From positions 1 through 63,180 of the forward strand of contig DASWIE010000059.1 of NCBI GenBank assembly GCA_036397815.1: 63,180 nt of DNA. Reading direction: 5' to 3'. The first letter of the stretch is position 1. The number at the start of each line of letters is the position of its first letter. The position numbers were made by a program, and so were the translations under genes. Below are positions 60,717 to 63,180 of the stretch, piece by piece. The DNA is from Candidatus Limnocylindria bacterium. GTDB taxonomy: Bacteria > Chloroflexota > Limnocylindria > QHBO01. The notes beneath the pieces were generated by a model. That model ran no database searches. It had not been told where the DNA came from and was given only the letters and a program-made list of their open reading frames with translations.

Positions 60717-61454
60717 ATGTCGTCACCCCTCCCAGCCGCCGCACGCCTGCGCGTCCTTCTCGCCATGGCCGCGGCGCTGGCCTGCTCCCTCGCCGCCTGC
60801 GCGCCCGGCCCGGTGAGCCCGACCCCGCCGCCGTCTTCGGGCCAGAACAGCTCTGCGCCAACGCCGATCGCCTCGCCGACGACAACACCCGCCCCAACGC
60901 CCGTCTACACGAACCCGGCGGACCCCGAGCTGGCCGCGCTGATCCCCGCGCAGGTGGGCGGCGTGGCAATCTCGGTCCCGCCCGTCGCCGAGTTCAGCGT
61001 CACGCCCGGCGACATCGGTGAGGTCTATGGCGAGATCGGCCTGCGCTTCGTCGCGCTGCAGGTGGCGTACGTCGAACAGCCGCGCCTCTCGCTCTACGCG
61101 ATGCGCATGGGATCGCCGTTCGCGACCACCCGGGAGCTCGAGCCGTACCTCGCCGCGGCGGGGCAGTACGTCGGCATCGCGGGCCTGCACCGCGAGCCGT
61201 GGAAGCTCGTGGAGGTCGCCGATCGGCTCGTCTGGGCTCGGCCGGAGGACGATGCCACGGTCGCCGGGACGATGGTCTACACCTGGGCCGCCGACGAGTA
61301 CGTGTTCCTGCTGATCGGAGTGGACGACGCGCTGAACCGGGCTCTGATGGCGGCATTGCCAGGCGAGCCGCTGCCCACGCCGACGCCGCGGCCAAGCCGC
61401 TCCTCCGCCGCGTCCGGCAGCGAAGAGGCGAGCGAGTCGGCCGCGCCGAGCTGA
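60717..61454 (+). CDS. Hypothetical lipoprotein
   Basis: Lipobox LAAC; Pro/Thr linkers; TGCTATCAT extended -10 lies 10 nt upstream. Confidence 0.7.
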   Translation: MSSPLPAAARLRVLLAMAAALACSLAACAPGPVSPTPPPSSGQNSSAPTPIASPTTTPAPTPVYTNPADPELAALIPAQVGGVAISVPPVAEFSVTPGDIGEVYGEIGLRFVALQVAYVEQPRLSLYAMRMGSPFATTRELEPYLAAAGQYVGIAGLHREPWKLVEVADRLVWARPEDDATVAGTMVYTWAADEYVFLLIGVDDALNRALMAALPGEPLPTPTPRPSRSSAASGSEEASESAAPS

Positions 61455-61484
61455 GCGCTCGCGACGCCGGGTACCATCGGCCCC

Positions 61485-62567
61485 ATGTTCGCCCGCGTTG
61501 CCTACGGACTCTCGCTCGTTGGGACTGCAGCCGCCCTGGTCCTGCGCCTGCTGAACGGCGACGCGGTGCTCACGTTTGCGGTCAGCGGGCTCGCCATCCT
61601 GGGCCTGGCCTACACCCTCGGCCACGCCACGGAGGAGCTGGGCGCGGCCGCGGGACCGCGGATCGGCGGCATCCTGAACGCCACGGTCGGCAACATCGGC
61701 GAGATCATCATCGCCGGCTTCCTGATCGCCTCCAACGAGCTGGAGGTCGTGAAGGCCTCGATCACCGGCTCGATCGTCGGCAACCTGCTGCTGGTGCTGG
61801 GTGCCTCGCTGCTGGTGGGCGGGCTGAAGAACGGGATCCAGCGCTACGACTCGCAGGCGCTCGGCATGAACGCGGCGAGCCTGATCCTGGCCACCATCGG
61901 CCTCATCGTGCCGGCCACCTTCGCATTCCTGATCGGCGGAGGTGCCGAGACGGGCGCCGGCTCGTCCGACTTCTTCAGCATCGAGGCGCTCTCGATCGGG
62001 GTGGCGATCGTGCTGCTCCTGACCTATGCGGCACAAACCTGGTTCTACTTCTCCACCCCGGAGGCGACCGCCCCGGGTGAGCGCGACCCGGCGGAGCAGG
62101 CCAGCTGGAGCGTCCGCCGCTCGCTGGCCGCGCTGCTGGGGTCGGCGGCCGCCCTGACCGCCGTCTCCGAGGTCCTCGTCCACTCGCTCGACCCGATGGT
62201 GGAGACCCTCGGGATCAGCAAGTTCTTCGTGGGCATCATCCTGATCCCGCTGATCGGCAACCTGGCGGAGCACGTGGTCGGCATCACGCTGGCCTACAAG
62301 AACAAGATGGACTTCAGCCTGGTCACCTCGGTCGGGTCGGCGACCCAGATCGCCCTCTTCGCGGCGCCGGTGCTCGTCTTCTTCGGCCTGCTGGTCGGCA
62401 ACGAGCTGACCCTGGTCTTCAGCCCGCTCGAGGTGGTGGCGGTGGGGGTCGGCACCTTCATCGCGGCCTACATCGCCCTCGACGGCCGCTCCAACTGGGT
62501 GGAGGGTCTGCAGCTCATCAGCGTCTACGCGATCCTGGCGATCGCCTTCTTCTTCGTGACGCCATGA
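61485..62567 (+). CDS. cax: Calcium/proton exchanger (CaCA family)
   Basis: Alpha repeats GILNATVGNIGE/GSIVGNLLL and PLIGNLAEH/GSATQIALF; TACCAT-N7-ATG. Confidence 0.93.
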   Translation: MFARVAYGLSLVGTAAALVLRLLNGDAVLTFAVSGLAILGLAYTLGHATEELGAAAGPRIGGILNATVGNIGEIIIAGFLIASNELEVVKASITGSIVGNLLLVLGASLLVGGLKNGIQRYDSQALGMNAASLILATIGLIVPATFAFLIGGGAETGAGSSDFFSIEALSIGVAIVLLLTYAAQTWFYFSTPEATAPGERDPAEQASWSVRRSLAALLGSAAALTAVSEVLVHSLDPMVETLGISKFFVGIILIPLIGNLAEHVVGITLAYKNKMDFSLVTSVGSATQIALFAAPVLVFFGLLVGNELTLVFSPLEVVAVGVGTFIAAYIALDGRSNWVEGLQLISVYAILAIAFFFVTP

Positions 62568-63180
62568 GCGAGAGCTGGGGCGAGGCTGACGAGGAGGGCC
62601 GCGACGACCGTTGGGCGCGCAAACGCGACCGGCTGGCGCGCCTGCTCAGCGTCGCCTCGATCCTCTACACCCGCGGCAGCGGAGAGGCCGGCGTGCCGGT
62701 GACGGAGATCGCCGAGCTGACGGGCATGACGACGCGGACGGTGTACCGCGACATTCGCGCGCTCGACGAAGAGCTGGCGATCCCGATCTTCCAGGCCGGC
62801 CGCGGACGCTACGGGATCGAGAAGAAGTCGTTCCTGCCGCCCCTGCCCCTCTCGCTGCCCGAGGCGGTCGTCCTCTTTCTGGCGACCCGCCTGATCGCTC
62901 GCTGGTCGGACGAGTACGACCAGGCCGTGGTGAGCGCCTTCACCAAGCTGGCCGACCTGCTGCCGCAGCCCATCGCACGCCACGTGGCGGCCACCATGCT
63001 GCAGGTCGGGCGTGCCGACCCCAATGAGCCGTTCACGCGCAACTTTGCGAACGTCGCGCAGGCGTGGGCCGACGGCCGGGTGGTGGAGTTCGACTACGAG
63101 CCGGCCGGTGGCGAGGCGCGACGCGCCCGCGTGCGCCCCTATTTCCTGGAGCCGGATGCCGCGAGCCACAACGTCTACCT
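62564..63180 (+). CDS. WYL-domain transcriptional regulator (HTH_11 + WYL), truncated by the window end
   Basis: My translation includes RLARLL...VTEIAELTGMTTRTVYRDIRALDE...FLPPLPLSLPEA...GRVVEFDY...RVRPYFLE. ATGA overlap with cax. Not in the ORF track. Confidence 0.88.
   Translation, partial: MSESWGEADEEGRDDRWARKRDRLARLLSVASILYTRGSGEAGVPVTEIAELTGMTTRTVYRDIRALDEELAIPIFQAGRGRYGIEKKSFLPPLPLSLPEAVVLFLATRLIARWSDEYDQAVVSAFTKLADLLPQPIARHVAATMLQVGRADPNEPFTRNFANVAQAWADGRVVEFDYEPAGGEARRARVRPYFLEPDAASHNVY

Noticed and set aside
1-63180. Many long alternative-frame or antisense ORFs in the track (e.g. 185..1255, 27238..29565, 33171..34649, 49869..51905, 60723..62273)
   Set aside because: They are Arg/Pro/Ala-rich shadows of well-supported genes, as expected in high-GC DNA, and carry no family motifs.
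1-63180. CRISPR array, IS element, integrase or prophage
   Set aside because: I saw no regularly spaced repeats and no transposase, recombinase or phage structural motifs.

Overview
A high-GC, gene-dense chromosomal region of a bacterium. The gene content suggests Chloroflexota (possibly Limnocylindria/Ellin6529-like); this is an inference only. From left to right: a truncated LuxR-type AAA regulator, a cupredoxin, an aeRF1-like (GWSQ) release factor and tRNA-Lys(UUU). Next comes a phosphate cluster: phoX, a decayed mutT1, ppk1, chrA, arsC, a phased Pho box, pstSCAB, phoU and a PhoB/PhoR-like two-component system. This is followed by MarR, a complete System I cytochrome c maturation operon (ccmABCDEFGH plus ccmI), and a redox-signalling block (cupredoxin, HxlR, fRMsr, ECF sigma factor, Rieske-fused putative anti-sigma). 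Then come an atypical transketolase, a PLP aminotransferase, an IscA/ErpA carrier, a GbsR-like regulator and a class I aldolase. A b6-type Rieske/cytochrome b operon follows, headed by a DsrL/NfnB-like NAD(P)H flavoprotein and ending in an insertion-bearing diheme cytochrome c and two unknown membrane proteins. The right part holds a lipoprotein PBP, a PIG-L deacetylase, an SbcCD/YhaON-like nuclease pair, two tiny membrane proteins, Bcp, a Ser-less alpha/beta hydrolase, a GcvT-like plus FAD-oxidoreductase pair, a TPP-riboswitch operon (thiN plus ECF transporter) and YbaK. It ends with a secreted beta-propeller/M23/lipoprotein operon, an HTH-4xGAF-GGDEF-degenerate HD-GYP protein, a Ca2+/H+ exchanger and a truncated WYL regulator. 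I saw no CRISPR array, integrase or transposase. The best candidates for undescribed systems are the flavoprotein-linked Rieske/cyt b complex, the ECF/Rieske anti-sigma pair and the DNA-binding diguanylate cyclase. All calls come from motif reading by eye; no database searches were run.
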